A stretch of 64,000 nucleotides of DNA from Myxococcota bacterium. Lineage in GTDB: Bacteria; Myxococcota_A; UBA9160; UBA6930. Location of the stretch: assembly GCA_965223705.1 (NCBI GenBank), contig OZ245015.1, positions 576,001 to 640,000 on the forward strand, in the 5' to 3' direction. A program made the translations under genes and the position numbers. This document shows positions 1-9,480 of this stretch, one piece after another (the stretch's first letter is position 1; each line of letters starts with the position of its first letter). Below the pieces are notes generated by a model that saw only the letters and a list, made by a program, of their open reading frames with translations, was not told the DNA's origin and ran no database searches.

Positions 1-20
1 CGTCGGGCCATCCACTCGCC

Positions 21-1010
21 GTGGCCGAGCAGCTCGAATCGCTCGGCGACGATCTCATTCGGCGCGGGCCCAAGTGGCACGCCGCCCTGGGGGCGTTTTC
101 GGGAGCCGAGCGGAGTCGCGCGCTCGACCTGCTCGGTTTCGAGCGCCAGGTGATCTTCTCTTCTCTCACCGCGGTCAGCGTATTCACACTGAATGAACCG
201 GACGTCGTCTACGCCGCGTGCCGCGCGCACAACAGCGCCATGGCGGAGTTTTGTTCCGGCGATTCGCGCTTACTCGGAGTGGGCCTTCTATCACTCGAAG
301 AGCCGGACCGCGCGGCCCTGGAGATCGACCGGATGGTCGACGCGGGCCTCGCAGCGGCGTGGATTCCCGCCGACCCGCCGGCGAACCGATCGCCGGGGCA
401 TCCGCGAAACGACCTCGTGTGGCAGCGACTCGCCGAGACCGGCCTTCCGTTCATCCTCCACGTCGGGAGCTCACCGCTCTCGATCGACGCGGCATGGATG
501 GACGACGGCATGCCCGATCGACGCAGCGCAAGAGGCGGCGCTGAAGTCGTGGGCGCGAAAGACATGACGACCATCTATCAGCCGGCGGAGCGCTTCATCT
601 CGGTCCTCATTCTCGACGGTGTGCTCGAACGATTCCCCACCCTGCGCGGCGCGGTCATGGAGCTCGGGGCGGGCTGGGTGCCGGCGATGCTACGCCGACT
701 CGACCAAGTCACAGCCATTTGGTCGAAGAGCGAGCCGCATCTAGCGGAAATGTCTCGAACGCCTTCTCAGCAGGCGAAAGACCAACTGCGCTTCACGCCC
801 TATCCCTTTGAAGACGTCGGCCAACTCATCGAAGAGTCGGATGCGGAGTTGTACCTCTTCTCCACCGACTACCCTCACGCCGAAGGCGGACGGGACCCCT
901 TGGCGCGCTTTCAGCGCTCCCTCGTCGACCACGACGAGGTGACCCAGCAAAAATTTTTCGCCGAGAACTTCGACGGACTGTTCGGCGCTATGGAAACGGG
1001 TTCAACATGA
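21..1010 (+). CDS. Amidohydrolase family protein (Amidohydro_2-like), probably 5'-truncated by window edge
   Basis: Motifs ILHVG, MELGAGWVP, FSTDYPHAEG; frame is open to the window start. Confidence 0.8.
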   Translation: MAEQLESLGDDLIRRGPKWHAALGAFSGAERSRALDLLGFERQVIFSSLTAVSVFTLNEPDVVYAACRAHNSAMAEFCSGDSRLLGVGLLSLEEPDRAALEIDRMVDAGLAAAWIPADPPANRSPGHPRNDLVWQRLAETGLPFILHVGSSPLSIDAAWMDDGMPDRRSARGGAEVVGAKDMTTIYQPAERFISVLILDGVLERFPTLRGAVMELGAGWVPAMLRRLDQVTAIWSKSEPHLAEMSRTPSQQAKDQLRFTPYPFEDVGQLIEESDAELYLFSTDYPHAEGGRDPLARFQRSLVDHDEVTQQKFFAENFDGLFGAMETGST

Positions 1011-1864
1011 AACTAGGCATCATGAGCTTCAACACCGACACGATGATGCGCGCCGACGAGTTGGCACGCGAAGTGGAATCCCGCGGCTTCGAGTCGCTGT
1101 GGTTCCCCGAGCACACCCACATTCCCGCGAGTCGCGAAACGCCGTTCCCGGGTGGCGGTCCACTGCCCGAACGCTATGCGCATATGTCGGATCCCTTCGT
1201 GAGCATCGCTTCCGCGGCGTCCGTCACGAAGACGCTGAAATTCGGAACCGGGATCTGCCTCGTCATCCAGCATGATCCGATCGTGTTGGCGAAGACCGTC
1301 GCAACCGTCGATCGACTGTCCGATGGCCGGTTTCTGTTCGGCGTTGGGGCGGGTTGGAACGTGGAGGAGATGGAAAACCACGGCACCCGTTTCCCCGATC
1401 GTTGGAAAGTTCTTCGAGAGCGCGTCGAGGCGATGAAGGTGCTTTGGACCGAAGATGAAGCGACGTATCACGGCGAGTTCGTCAATTTCGATCGGGTGTG
1501 GTCCTTTCCGAAACCGGTTCAGCGACCCCATCCTCCCATCATTCTCGGCACGTTCGCGTCGCACTGGGGACGCCAGCGCGTCGCCGATTTCGGCGACGGA
1601 TGGATCCCGGTCGGCGGATTTCATCGAGGTGAGATCGGCGCTCACGTCGAAGATTTGCGCGAGCGGATTCGGAAGAACGGAAGGGATCCGGACTCCGTTT
1701 CCCTGTCGATGTTCGACGTGATGGAAACGCCCGACGACGTTCTGCTGCGCTACCGAGACCTGGGCTGCTTCGAGCGCGCCATTACGGCAATCCCGGTGGC
1801 CGACCGGGAGACGGTACTGCCCGTGTTGGATCACTACGCCGAACTCGCGAAGAAGCTCGCTTAG
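1007..1864 (+). CDS. LLM-class F420-dependent oxidoreductase
   Basis: GFESLWFPEHTHIP, DPFV, GRFLFGVGAGWN, PKPVQRPHPPI; ATGA overlap with upstream gene. Confidence 0.9.
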   Translation: MKLGIMSFNTDTMMRADELAREVESRGFESLWFPEHTHIPASRETPFPGGGPLPERYAHMSDPFVSIASAASVTKTLKFGTGICLVIQHDPIVLAKTVATVDRLSDGRFLFGVGAGWNVEEMENHGTRFPDRWKVLRERVEAMKVLWTEDEATYHGEFVNFDRVWSFPKPVQRPHPPIILGTFASHWGRQRVADFGDGWIPVGGFHRGEIGAHVEDLRERIRKNGRDPDSVSLSMFDVMETPDDVLLRYRDLGCFERAITAIPVADRETVLPVLDHYAELAKKLA

Positions 1865-2451
1865 TGGCCGACTTCACGCTCCACCAGACGCGGACCTCGC
1901 CCTACGCTCGAATGGTCCGGATCGTCATCGCGGAGAAGGGTTTGCAAGACCGGGTTCGGGTCGTCGAAGCGAAGACTCGGACCGAAGGAAGTCCCTACTA
2001 CGCCGTGAATCCTTCCGGTCGGGTTCCGTTTCTCGAACGTCCCGAGGGTCCCGGCCTCGAAGATTCGTCGCTCATTATCGAATACCTGGACGGCCTCGAC
2101 GGGACACCAGCATTCGAAACGGACTTCGATGTTCGACGTCTCGAGTCGGTGGCACGCAGCATGCTCGACGGACTCGCCGTGTGGGCCCGCGAATCTCGCC
2201 GGCCGAGCGGAGAACAGAGTCCGACGATCTTGCGTCACGAAGAAGCTCGGGCCGCGCGCTTAGTCGACGTGTGGGAGAGCGAAATCGAGCATCCCGTCAT
2301 GTCGGGGGAGTTCAACCTGGCGCAACTGACCCTCTTCGTGGCACTCAAGCTCGAGGGGCGTTTCGGCTTCGAGTGGCGCCAGGGGCATCCGAAGCTCGCG
2401 GCTTGGGTCGATCGACTGGCCGAAAGACCCTCCGTTCGAAGCGAACCGTGA
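1864..2451 (+). CDS. Glutathione S-transferase family protein
   Basis: SPYARMVRI, NPSGRVPFL, EDSSLIIEYLD, HPKLAAW...RPS. Confidence 0.85.
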   Translation: MADFTLHQTRTSPYARMVRIVIAEKGLQDRVRVVEAKTRTEGSPYYAVNPSGRVPFLERPEGPGLEDSSLIIEYLDGLDGTPAFETDFDVRRLESVARSMLDGLAVWARESRRPSGEQSPTILRHEEARAARLVDVWESEIEHPVMSGEFNLAQLTLFVALKLEGRFGFEWRQGHPKLAAWVDRLAERPSVRSEP

Positions 2452-2846
2452 GCCAGACCGTGACGCACCGGGGAGGCTGCCACTGCGGGGCCGTACGGTT
2501 CGAGGTCGACGCTCCAGCGGATCTCCGCGTTCTTGAATGCAATTGCTCCATCTGCGCACCGATGGCGTACCTCCATCTCGTGGTGCCGCGCGAGCAGTTT
2601 CGTCTGCTCACGGACGAAAGCGCGCTGACGACCTACACCTTCAACACCGGCACGGCGAAGCACTTGTTTTGTTCGCGGTGCGGCGTGAAGTCGTTCTACG
2701 TTCCGCGCTCCCACCCCGATGGCTACAGCGTGAACGCCCGCTGCCTCGAAGCGGGCAGCGTGCGAAGCCGTCACGTCGAGTCGTTCGACGGAGCCAACTG
2801 GGAAGCGCATATCGCCGATATCGAGGGCTACGGCGACGGGCGCTAG
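2448..2846 (+). CDS. GFA family (CENP-V-like) Zn protein
   Basis: HRGGCHCGAVRF, CNCSIC, FCSRCG, SVNARCL; GTG start overlapping GST stop (GTGA), shorter than ORF track. Confidence 0.9.
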   Translation: MSQTVTHRGGCHCGAVRFEVDAPADLRVLECNCSICAPMAYLHLVVPREQFRLLTDESALTTYTFNTGTAKHLFCSRCGVKSFYVPRSHPDGYSVNARCLEAGSVRSRHVESFDGANWEAHIADIEGYGDGR

Positions 2847-3238
2847 GACTTATCGCCCAAGTAAGCCGTGCATTTGATTTCGACTTCGAGGCCCGGCATC
2901 GCGAGGGAAGTGACGCCGACGCCGGTCCACGTCGGGTAGCGATTCGTTATGTATCGATCTTTTACCTCCATGAAGAGCGCGAGATCACGCATGTCGGTGT
3001 GGTAGGTCACCATCTCGACCACGTCGTCGAAGTCGGCGCCGGCTTCGGCGAGCACCGTCTTTACGTTCTCGAACGCCTGGGCAAACTGCGCTTCTTTTCC
3101 GACGACGACATTCAGGTCGGCATCGCGGCCCACTTGGCCCGCGATATACAGCATGTCGCCGGCGCGAACGCCCGGTGAGTAGTGGAAACGCTGGTTGATT
3201 TCCCGCATGGCGGCGGGGACAAGGTCGGTTCTCGGCAT
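2843..3238 (-). CDS. RidA/YjgF family protein
   Basis: YSPGVRAGDMLYIAGQVG, YPTWTGVGVTSL, VEIKCTA; AGGAGG RBS. Confidence 0.9.
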   Translation of the reverse strand: MPRTDLVPAAMREINQRFHYSPGVRAGDMLYIAGQVGRDADLNVVVGKEAQFAQAFENVKTVLAEAGADFDDVVEMVTYHTDMRDLALFMEVKDRYITNRYPTWTGVGVTSLAMPGLEVEIKCTAYLGDKS

Positions 3239-3292
3239 GATTCCTCCTTACGCTGGATGCGCCGCGGGGAAATCTACCACTCCTCCTGATGC

Positions 3293-4426
3293 TCAGGGCC
3301 TCGAGAGGAAGTCGACGACGGCGCACACGATTCGCGGGGCGGCGTGACCGTCGCCGAAGGGATTGACGCCCGACTGCACCCGATCGTCAGCCCGGAGAGA
3401 ATGAGCGGTGTACATCGACTCGAGTTTCTGAGCGAGCTTTCCGACGTCGGGTCCGAGAAGTTCGATCGATCCCGTGTCGAGGGCTTCGGGCCGCTCCGTG
3501 CTGTCGCGGAGAACGAGCAAAGGTTTGTCGAGTGAAGCGGCTTCTTCCTGAAGGCCGCCCGAGTCCGACAACAGGAGCCAGCACTGGTCCAGAAGGTGGA
3601 TGAAGTCGGGGTAGGGCAGCGGTTCGAGGAGTCGAATCCGCGGATGCCCGCCGAGCGCCCACTCCGCCGCGGCGAGCACGTTCGGATTGGGATGGACCGG
3701 AAACAGCAGCTCGAGATCGGAGTGCCGCTCGATGAACGAACGGATGGTCGACAACTGTTCGGTCAACACCGCGCCGAAACGTTCTCGGCGATGCGCCGTC
3801 AGGAGCACGCGGCGGGCGGCACGCGGCTCGTCGAGCAGGGCGCGCAGTGCCGCCGACGGTGCGAGGTGATCCCGCACCCACTGGAGGGAATCGACGACGG
3901 GGTTGCCTGTGACGAACACGCGGGAGCTGTCGATCCCCTCGCGTCGCAAGGTGCGCGCGTTTCCATTCGTCGCGGCGAAATGGAGATCCGCGAGCTGTGT
4001 GACTTGTCGCCGGTTCATTTCCTCCGGGAAGGGGTTCCTTCGGTCACTGGTTCGAAGCCCGGCCTCGATGTGCCCCGTCGCGACGCCGCAGTGAAAGCCC
4101 ACGAATGCCCCCACGAACGCGGTCATCGTGTCGCCTTGCACGAGAATGAATTCGGGCTCTACGCGCAGAACGAGCTCCCGGAGCGATCCGATAGCCCGTT
4201 GGCAGAACTCGAGCGGAGTCTGATTCGGGCGCATCAAGTCGAGCGAGTGATCGACCTCGATGCCGAACGCCGGGAGGAGGTCTGCGACGAGTTCTCGGTG
4301 TTGCCCTGTACTGACGACGCAACTTTCGACAGCGGCACTCGCTTCGCGAAGCGCACGGATCACCGGAGCGACCTTGATCGCTTCGGGCCGCGTACCGAAC
4401 ACCGTCATCACCACGGAGCGGCTCAT
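3293..4426 (-). CDS. wecB: UDP-N-acetylglucosamine 2-epimerase (non-hydrolysing)
   Basis: FGTRPEAIK, VQGDT, HIEAGLR, PFPEEMNR, SDSGGLQEEA, TERPE, NPFGDG; start re-set to ATG at 4426 (ATGA overlap). Confidence 0.93.
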   Translation of the reverse strand: MSRSVVMTVFGTRPEAIKVAPVIRALREASAAVESCVVSTGQHRELVADLLPAFGIEVDHSLDLMRPNQTPLEFCQRAIGSLRELVLRVEPEFILVQGDTMTAFVGAFVGFHCGVATGHIEAGLRTSDRRNPFPEEMNRRQVTQLADLHFAATNGNARTLRREGIDSSRVFVTGNPVVDSLQWVRDHLAPSAALRALLDEPRAARRVLLTAHRRERFGAVLTEQLSTIRSFIERHSDLELLFPVHPNPNVLAAAEWALGGHPRIRLLEPLPYPDFIHLLDQCWLLLSDSGGLQEEAASLDKPLLVLRDSTERPEALDTGSIELLGPDVGKLAQKLESMYTAHSLRADDRVQSGVNPFGDGHAAPRIVCAVVDFLSRP

Positions 4427-5673
4427 GACGGAAGCCCCCTTCGGATCTCCACCCGTACGAAGTGATGCGCAGTGAACGCCACCCAAAGGATGAGGAACGG
4501 GACGCAGACAACGAAGAGTCGCCCCGTGCTGCTCATCAGCGAGTGCGAGGCGGTGCCGAGGGCGAACATGCCGAGTAGGACGAGAAGGCCCGCCGGAACG
4601 GACGAGCGGTTTCGCCAAGCGGCGACGAAGGAGGCTCCGAAGGCCATCAGCAGGGCGGCGTTGGGCAGGACGTAGCCGAGCGTCCGGATACTCTGCCCTC
4701 GACGCGACCACGGGTAGTTGAACAACAACCGAGAGACGTTCCCGACCCAGTTCTTCGCGTACGCGGTCGGGTTCGTGCGCAGGTTCTCGACCACTCGGGC
4801 CTTGAACCGACGATCCGCCTCGATGGCGGGCAGCGCCGCCATCGCTTCGAGGAAAGTCAGGTGATCGCGGCGGAGATCTTCGTGCTCGCGGACGGTCTCG
4901 ATCGGAAGCCAGGTCCCCGAAAGGCCCGGGCCATCGACGGTCATCCAGTAGAGAACGTCCCCGCCGTTCGTCCCCCAGTAGAACAACTGATCCGTGAGCT
5001 GATAGGTGTACGCGAGGTAGGGCGCGCACACGGCCAACGCGCCGGCAAAAACCCACTCCGGCGCGTGCGCTTCGGCGACGGCCTGGCGGATTGCCGGGAC
5101 GGCGCGCGCCATCACGAGGAGCACGAGAACCGCGAGAACGACGTAGCCGTACGCGACTTTCGTGAGGACGAAGCCGCCGAGAAGAGCCGCTGCGAGCCAC
5201 GGGTCGCGAGCCGCCGCCGCGGAACCGCTCTGCCAACGCAGGAAGTGGAAGGCGAACCCGAGCCACAACGCGATGGCCAGGGGCTCGCTCAACAGGTCAC
5301 CCGAGAGCAACCACAGGGGTGGATAACTCGCCAGGGCGGCCGCCGCCCATGCGGCGGTCCGCCGGTCCGAGAGCCTGGCGACCAGCGCAAATAGGTAGGC
5401 CAAAGCGATGAGGACCAGCGGGATCTGGGTGAAGCGAAGGGCCGGACCGTCGAGGCCGGCGGCCAGAAACGGTGCCAGGTAGAGCGGGTACCCCGGCCCG
5501 TTCTCGATGAGGCCGGTTTCGGGCTGGGCGTAGCCTCCGGCGAGGAGGTTCTCGGCGTAGCTCTTGTACCGGGCTTCGTCTCCGATCAGCGGCTCGCCCC
5601 GGTCGAGGGCGATGTTGGCCGCGAGGAGGGCGGCGAGCAGGGTCAGGGCTGCGGCAGAGCGAACCGAATCCAC
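4423..5673 (-). CDS. GT-C fold membrane glycosyltransferase (ArnT/PMT, family 39-like)
   Basis: Multiple TM segments, GDEARY and PGYPLYLA motifs, SEPL; coupled to wecB. Confidence 0.7.
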   Translation of the reverse strand: MDSVRSAAALTLLAALLAANIALDRGEPLIGDEARYKSYAENLLAGGYAQPETGLIENGPGYPLYLAPFLAAGLDGPALRFTQIPLVLIALAYLFALVARLSDRRTAAWAAAALASYPPLWLLSGDLLSEPLAIALWLGFAFHFLRWQSGSAAAARDPWLAAALLGGFVLTKVAYGYVVLAVLVLLVMARAVPAIRQAVAEAHAPEWVFAGALAVCAPYLAYTYQLTDQLFYWGTNGGDVLYWMTVDGPGLSGTWLPIETVREHEDLRRDHLTFLEAMAALPAIEADRRFKARVVENLRTNPTAYAKNWVGNVSRLLFNYPWSRRGQSIRTLGYVLPNAALLMAFGASFVAAWRNRSSVPAGLLVLLGMFALGTASHSLMSSTGRLFVVCVPFLILWVAFTAHHFVRVEIRRGLPS

Positions 5674-5709
5674 AACCCGAAGTGTAGTGTATTCACTACG
5701 TATTGGTCG

Positions 5710-5907
5710 CTATCGGGCGGAGGCGCATTCGGCCGCCCAACGATCCTTGAACATCTCCATGAAAAGCGCGGAGGGTCCCTCTCCAGCGATCATCGAGAAG
5801 TGTCCGCTGCCAGCGAACTCCGTCCCGCAGGACGCGCATTCGGCATCGAATTCGGAAACGGTGGCGAGGCAGGACAAGCAGAGGCGGTCTTCGTGTTGCT
5901 GGTTCAT
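5710..5907 (-). CDS. Small zinc-ribbon hypothetical protein (65 aa)
   Basis: CLSC...CASC; AAGGAG RBS before ATG 5907; preceded by ECF-type promoter motif. Confidence 0.6.
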   Translation of the reverse strand: MNQQHEDRLCLSCLATVSEFDAECASCGTEFAGSGHFSMIAGEGPSALFMEMFKDRWAAECASAR

Positions 5908-5930
5908 GTCGAACTCCTTGTTTGTGAAGG

Positions 5931-5958
5931 AGTCGATCTCGAGCTGTTTTCGGATCAC
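5931..5958 (-). promoter_or_regulatory. ECF-type promoter GTGATCC-N16-CGACT
   Basis: Minus strand GTGATCC gaaaacagctcgagat CGACT. Confidence 0.75.
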
Positions 5959-5988
5959 CCGCCCGGCCATCAAAAAAAACTGCGCAAG

Positions 5989-6016
5989 GTGATCCGGTTC
6001 GGGTGCCGCGGCGACT
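5989..6016 (+). promoter_or_regulatory. ECF-type promoter GTGATCC-N16-CGACT (divergent partner)
   Basis: GTGATCC ggttcgggtgccgcgg CGACT, A-tract upstream. Confidence 0.75.
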
Positions 6017-6287
6017 TCTCAGCAGATCGTGCGTTGGATGTACCCACCCGGAACAGCAACACACAAAGAGCAGCCGGTACGGCGCATCGCTCGATCGAAA
6101 CGGCGCCGGCCCCCTAGGGTCGGCGCCGCTCCGTCGTTCCGGAGACGGAACGGCGGGCGGAGCTCGCGGCAGGGTGTCGCGCGCTCGAGCCCACGGCGTG
6201 CATGGGGACGGCAGCCCCGCGCTACCCTTGGGTCACCCGGTGCCTGATGCGGGGACGGGTGCCACCCACAAAGCAAGGAGGGTGAGC

Positions 6288-6695
6288 ATGCCCAATTCAC
6301 GAACAACCTTTGACTGGAAGAACCGAGTCTCGGTGCGCGCGACGCGTGCGCGGCTACAAGCCGCGCTATTGGCTGCCGGCGTCGCGTGCGCGATCGGGCC
6401 ATGGCAGGAGGCCTACGCCGGCATCATCGTCGGAGAGGAGAAGACGCAGAGTCTTCCCCTGGGCGCTGTCGTACCCGATTCGAGCACGGTGGGGGTGGTA
6501 TTTCCGCCCTCGCATTATCGGTTTCCCGGCTATGCCGGGTACGGCTATGGCTACGGCTATCCGTACGGATCGTTTGGAGCTTTTGGCTACTACGGCCGGG
6601 AGTACCTCCACTTCAATCCGGACCGAGCCTTCCGCCGCCATCTTCGCGCCGACCAAGTCGGGAGCATGCGCGAACTGCGGCGCGGGAGGCGCTAG
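6288..6695 (+). CDS. Exported Gly/Tyr-rich hypothetical protein
   Basis: AGGAGG RBS, signal-peptide-like segment ending AYA, low-complexity GYAGYGYGYGYPYG tract. Confidence 0.6.
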   Translation: MPNSRTTFDWKNRVSVRATRARLQAALLAAGVACAIGPWQEAYAGIIVGEEKTQSLPLGAVVPDSSTVGVVFPPSHYRFPGYAGYGYGYGYPYGSFGAFGYYGREYLHFNPDRAFRRHLRADQVGSMRELRRGRR

Positions 6696-6765
6696 AGCTT
6701 AGAGCTCGCCGGGGCGGGGGTGAACCCGCCCCGGTTTCTCTTTTCGGGAAGTCTTGCACGGGGAT

Positions 6766-6897
6766 CGAGGTTTGGCCGTGGCCAGTGGGGGCACCGTGCT
6801 CAAACATCCTCGCGCCGATGCGGCAACGAGGTCGCCTCGCGTGCCTCGGCGGCGCTGCGGAACTGCGCGCGGTACCCCCACTGGCCACGGCCTCGCG
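6766..6897. repeat. ~130-bp structured dispersed repeat, copy 1 (REP/MITE-like or structured RNA)
   Basis: Long terminal stem GGCCGTGGCCAGTGGGGGCACCG / CGGTACCCCCACTGGCCACGGCC; second copy at 22970-23100. Confidence 0.8.
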
Positions 6898-6942
6898 ACG
6901 CCTAGCTAGACCGCCTCCCTTGACCCCGTCTGCAGAAGATTT

Positions 6943-9480
6943 CTAGCCGGCGGGTATCACCGCTGGGACGAAGAAGAAGTCGCCGGACTCGTGGCCCGCG
7001 AATCGGATGGGGGAATACTGGGGTAGCTGCTCGATGGGCGCTTCGTAGGTCACGCGCGCCGAGACTTCCTGGAAGACGCGCTGCGCTTCGAGGATCACGT
7101 CGTTGCTCTCGAGAACTTCGATCAACGCGCGAGCGAAGATCGAGTGCGCGCCGCCCCCGGCATCGAGAACCGGAGCGAGTCCGCCCGAAGTCAGCGCCGT
7201 TCGGGAGCGCTTCGCGGCCATGGTCTCGATCCACTTCACGCGCGCCTGCTCGCTCATCCCCGCTTCCAATCGGGCGAGCGATGAGCGCGTGAGCGCACCG
7301 GAGTAGCACGAGTCTGCGATCACGAGTACGTGGCGCGCGCTCATCGAATTCAACATGTCCGTCAGGGCCACGTTCGAGATCCAGTTCGCCGTGCTGTCGG
7401 CTTCGGCATCGATCGGGAGCCAATGGCCGCGCATGTTCGTCTTGTCGAGCTCGCCGTGACCCGCGTAGTAGATGAGAAGGTTGTCGTCCTCTGTCAGCTC
7501 GCGACGCAGATTGTTGAGTGCGGAAAGCGTCTGGTAGCGATCCGCGTCGTAGATCGTGGTGACCTTGAAGCCGTACTTGTCGCGCAGCAGACCCGAGACC
7601 ACCTTGGCGTCGTTGCGCGCGGTGTCGAGGGTCGGCAGCGACCGATACGCATTGTTCCCGATGACGAGCGCGTGGTAGTTGCCGAAGTTGATCGGCGGAA
7701 GCTTCGGTCGATCGGGTGCGGCGGCTACCGCCGGCGGTTCAATGGTGCGGACGCCGCTGGCCTGCACCAGGAAGTTCCGCGAGGCGCGTTTGCCGAGTTC
7801 ATCGATCGCGACGATGCGGACATCCGTGCCGTTCTCTCCCACCGGGAGCTCGCGTTCGAAGATGCCGTGCGCCGTCACTTCGATCGCCTTGTCATTGAGT
7901 GTCACGGAATACAAACCCGCGGGCGCTTCCACGCGTCCCACGACCCGTTGCACGTCGGAGGTCGCCATAAATACGGGTCGGATGCCACGCGTCATGCGAA
8001 GGGGGGGCTCGATGATCTGGATCGACGGCCCGGCGATCTCTTCGCCTTCGCCGCTCGCCGGTTTCGCCAGTTGTGCGACTTCGACCTTGCGGGCTTCCGC
8101 CTGATCCCGGAGTCGCTTGATCTCTTGGTCGAGGGCCGCGAGTTCTGCGCTCTTCGCTTCGAGCGCCGCCTCGCGCTCGGCGACGCGTTGTTCACGGGCT
8201 GTCACGGCTTCCCCGCGATCGCCCATCGCCTCCTCTGCGGCCTCGAACTCCGCTTCGAGCCGGGCGAGGTTCGCTTCGCGCTCCGCGAGCTCCCGCCGTT
8301 GCGCCTCGCGGGCCCGGTCGAGCTCAGCGCGCTGCGCGCCGAGCTCAGCGCGCTCCGACTCGAGTGTCGCGGCGGAAGCTGCCAGCGCTTCGCGTTCCGA
8401 ACCGAGCTTGTGTCGCTCCGCGGCGAGCGCTTCGCTCGCGGCGGCATTGGCCTCGCCTGTGCGCTCGCTTTCGCCGAGAGCGCGCTCTCGACGATCGAGC
8501 TCCTCGGCGCGAGCCGCAAGCCGAGCGCGCTCCTGCGACACGGCGTCGTCCCGCGCGCCGAGCTCCGCTTCGCGTCGGTCGAGTTCGCTCTGCCGCACGG
8601 ACGTGTCGTCGTTGGCTTCCCGTTCGAAAGCTTGAACCGCGGCGCGCTCCTCGGTCAGGCGGCGCTCTCGCTCTGCGATATCGCGTTGCTGCTCGGCGAG
8701 CTCGCGCTTGCGCGCTTCGAGCTCTGCGCGCTCCACGGCGAGTGCGTCTCGTTCGCGTGCCGCTGCGGCCTCATCATTCGAGAGCCGAGCGCGCGATTGC
8801 GACAGCTCCCCCTCGAGACGACTGATCTCCGAGCGCATTTCCGTGCGATCGCGCTCGCTCTCGGCGAGTTCTGCGCGAAGACTCGCGAGCTGCGTCGTCT
8901 CCCCCGGCGCCGAAACGAACGCGACGTCGGTGCCTTCGAGACCCGAGGCTCGGCGGTACCACGACACTGCGGTCTCCATGTCGGCGGGTACGCCGAGTCC
9001 GCGTTCGTAGAGCTGGCCGAGATTGACCTGCGCCGCGGCGTGGCCCTGCTCAGCAGATTTCCGGTACCAGGTCGCGGCGGCTTTGTAATCGGGTGCCGTG
9101 CCGAGCCCGCGCTCGTAGATCTCGCCGACGTAGTTCTGGGCGACGGGGTCGCCGCTCTCCGCGGACTGCTGCCAAACGCGCAGTGCCGTGCGGTAGTCCG
9201 CCCGGTCGTAACTCACGTATTCGCCGCCGCGGATCTCGCAGTCGAGGCCCGTGGTCTTCACGGGCTTTCGGGGGGCTAGGTAGGTGACCTTGCGCCCCAT
9301 CTTGCGGACCCGCGCGGGCAGGAGACAATCGACGACGAGGAGGTCGTCGGGGTCCTGCACGGCGGCCACGGGGTTCGGCGCGGCATGGGCCTGGGGTAAA
9401 CCTGCGATGAGAACAAGCAGCAGCAACGCGAGCGCGCGGCGCAGGACGGTGGCGTCCCGGCCTAGGGGTGCGGCAAGCAT
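6943..9480 (-). CDS. Exported peptidase C14 (caspase-like) with Sel1 repeats, long coiled coil and Ig-like domain
   Basis: Signal peptide (..PQAHA), Sel1 repeats (AQNYVGEIYERGLG, AQVNLGQLYERGLG), E/R/A-rich coiled coil, ALVIGNNAY, YYAGHG and ADSCYSG dyad; GGAGG RBS before ATG 9480. Confidence 0.88.
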   Translation of the reverse strand: MLAAPLGRDATVLRRALALLLLVLIAGLPQAHAAPNPVAAVQDPDDLLVVDCLLPARVRKMGRKVTYLAPRKPVKTTGLDCEIRGGEYVSYDRADYRTALRVWQQSAESGDPVAQNYVGEIYERGLGTAPDYKAAATWYRKSAEQGHAAAQVNLGQLYERGLGVPADMETAVSWYRRASGLEGTDVAFVSAPGETTQLASLRAELAESERDRTEMRSEISRLEGELSQSRARLSNDEAAAARERDALAVERAELEARKRELAEQQRDIAERERRLTEERAAVQAFEREANDDTSVRQSELDRREAELGARDDAVSQERARLAARAEELDRRERALGESERTGEANAAASEALAAERHKLGSEREALAASAATLESERAELGAQRAELDRAREAQRRELAEREANLARLEAEFEAAEEAMGDRGEAVTAREQRVAEREAALEAKSAELAALDQEIKRLRDQAEARKVEVAQLAKPASGEGEEIAGPSIQIIEPPLRMTRGIRPVFMATSDVQRVVGRVEAPAGLYSVTLNDKAIEVTAHGIFERELPVGENGTDVRIVAIDELGKRASRNFLVQASGVRTIEPPAVAAAPDRPKLPPINFGNYHALVIGNNAYRSLPTLDTARNDAKVVSGLLRDKYGFKVTTIYDADRYQTLSALNNLRRELTEDDNLLIYYAGHGELDKTNMRGHWLPIDAEADSTANWISNVALTDMLNSMSARHVLVIADSCYSGALTRSSLARLEAGMSEQARVKWIETMAAKRSRTALTSGGLAPVLDAGGGAHSIFARALIEVLESNDVILEAQRVFQEVSARVTYEAPIEQLPQYSPIRFAGHESGDFFFVPAVIPAG

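Noticed and set aside
4427..5266. N-terminal extension of the 657-aa wecB ORF
   Set aside because: Overlaps the glycosyltransferase in another frame; WecB homology begins at 4426
7330..9279. 649-aa plus-strand ORF
   Set aside because: Antisense shadow of the coiled-coil caspase gene; high GC suppresses stops; no motifs
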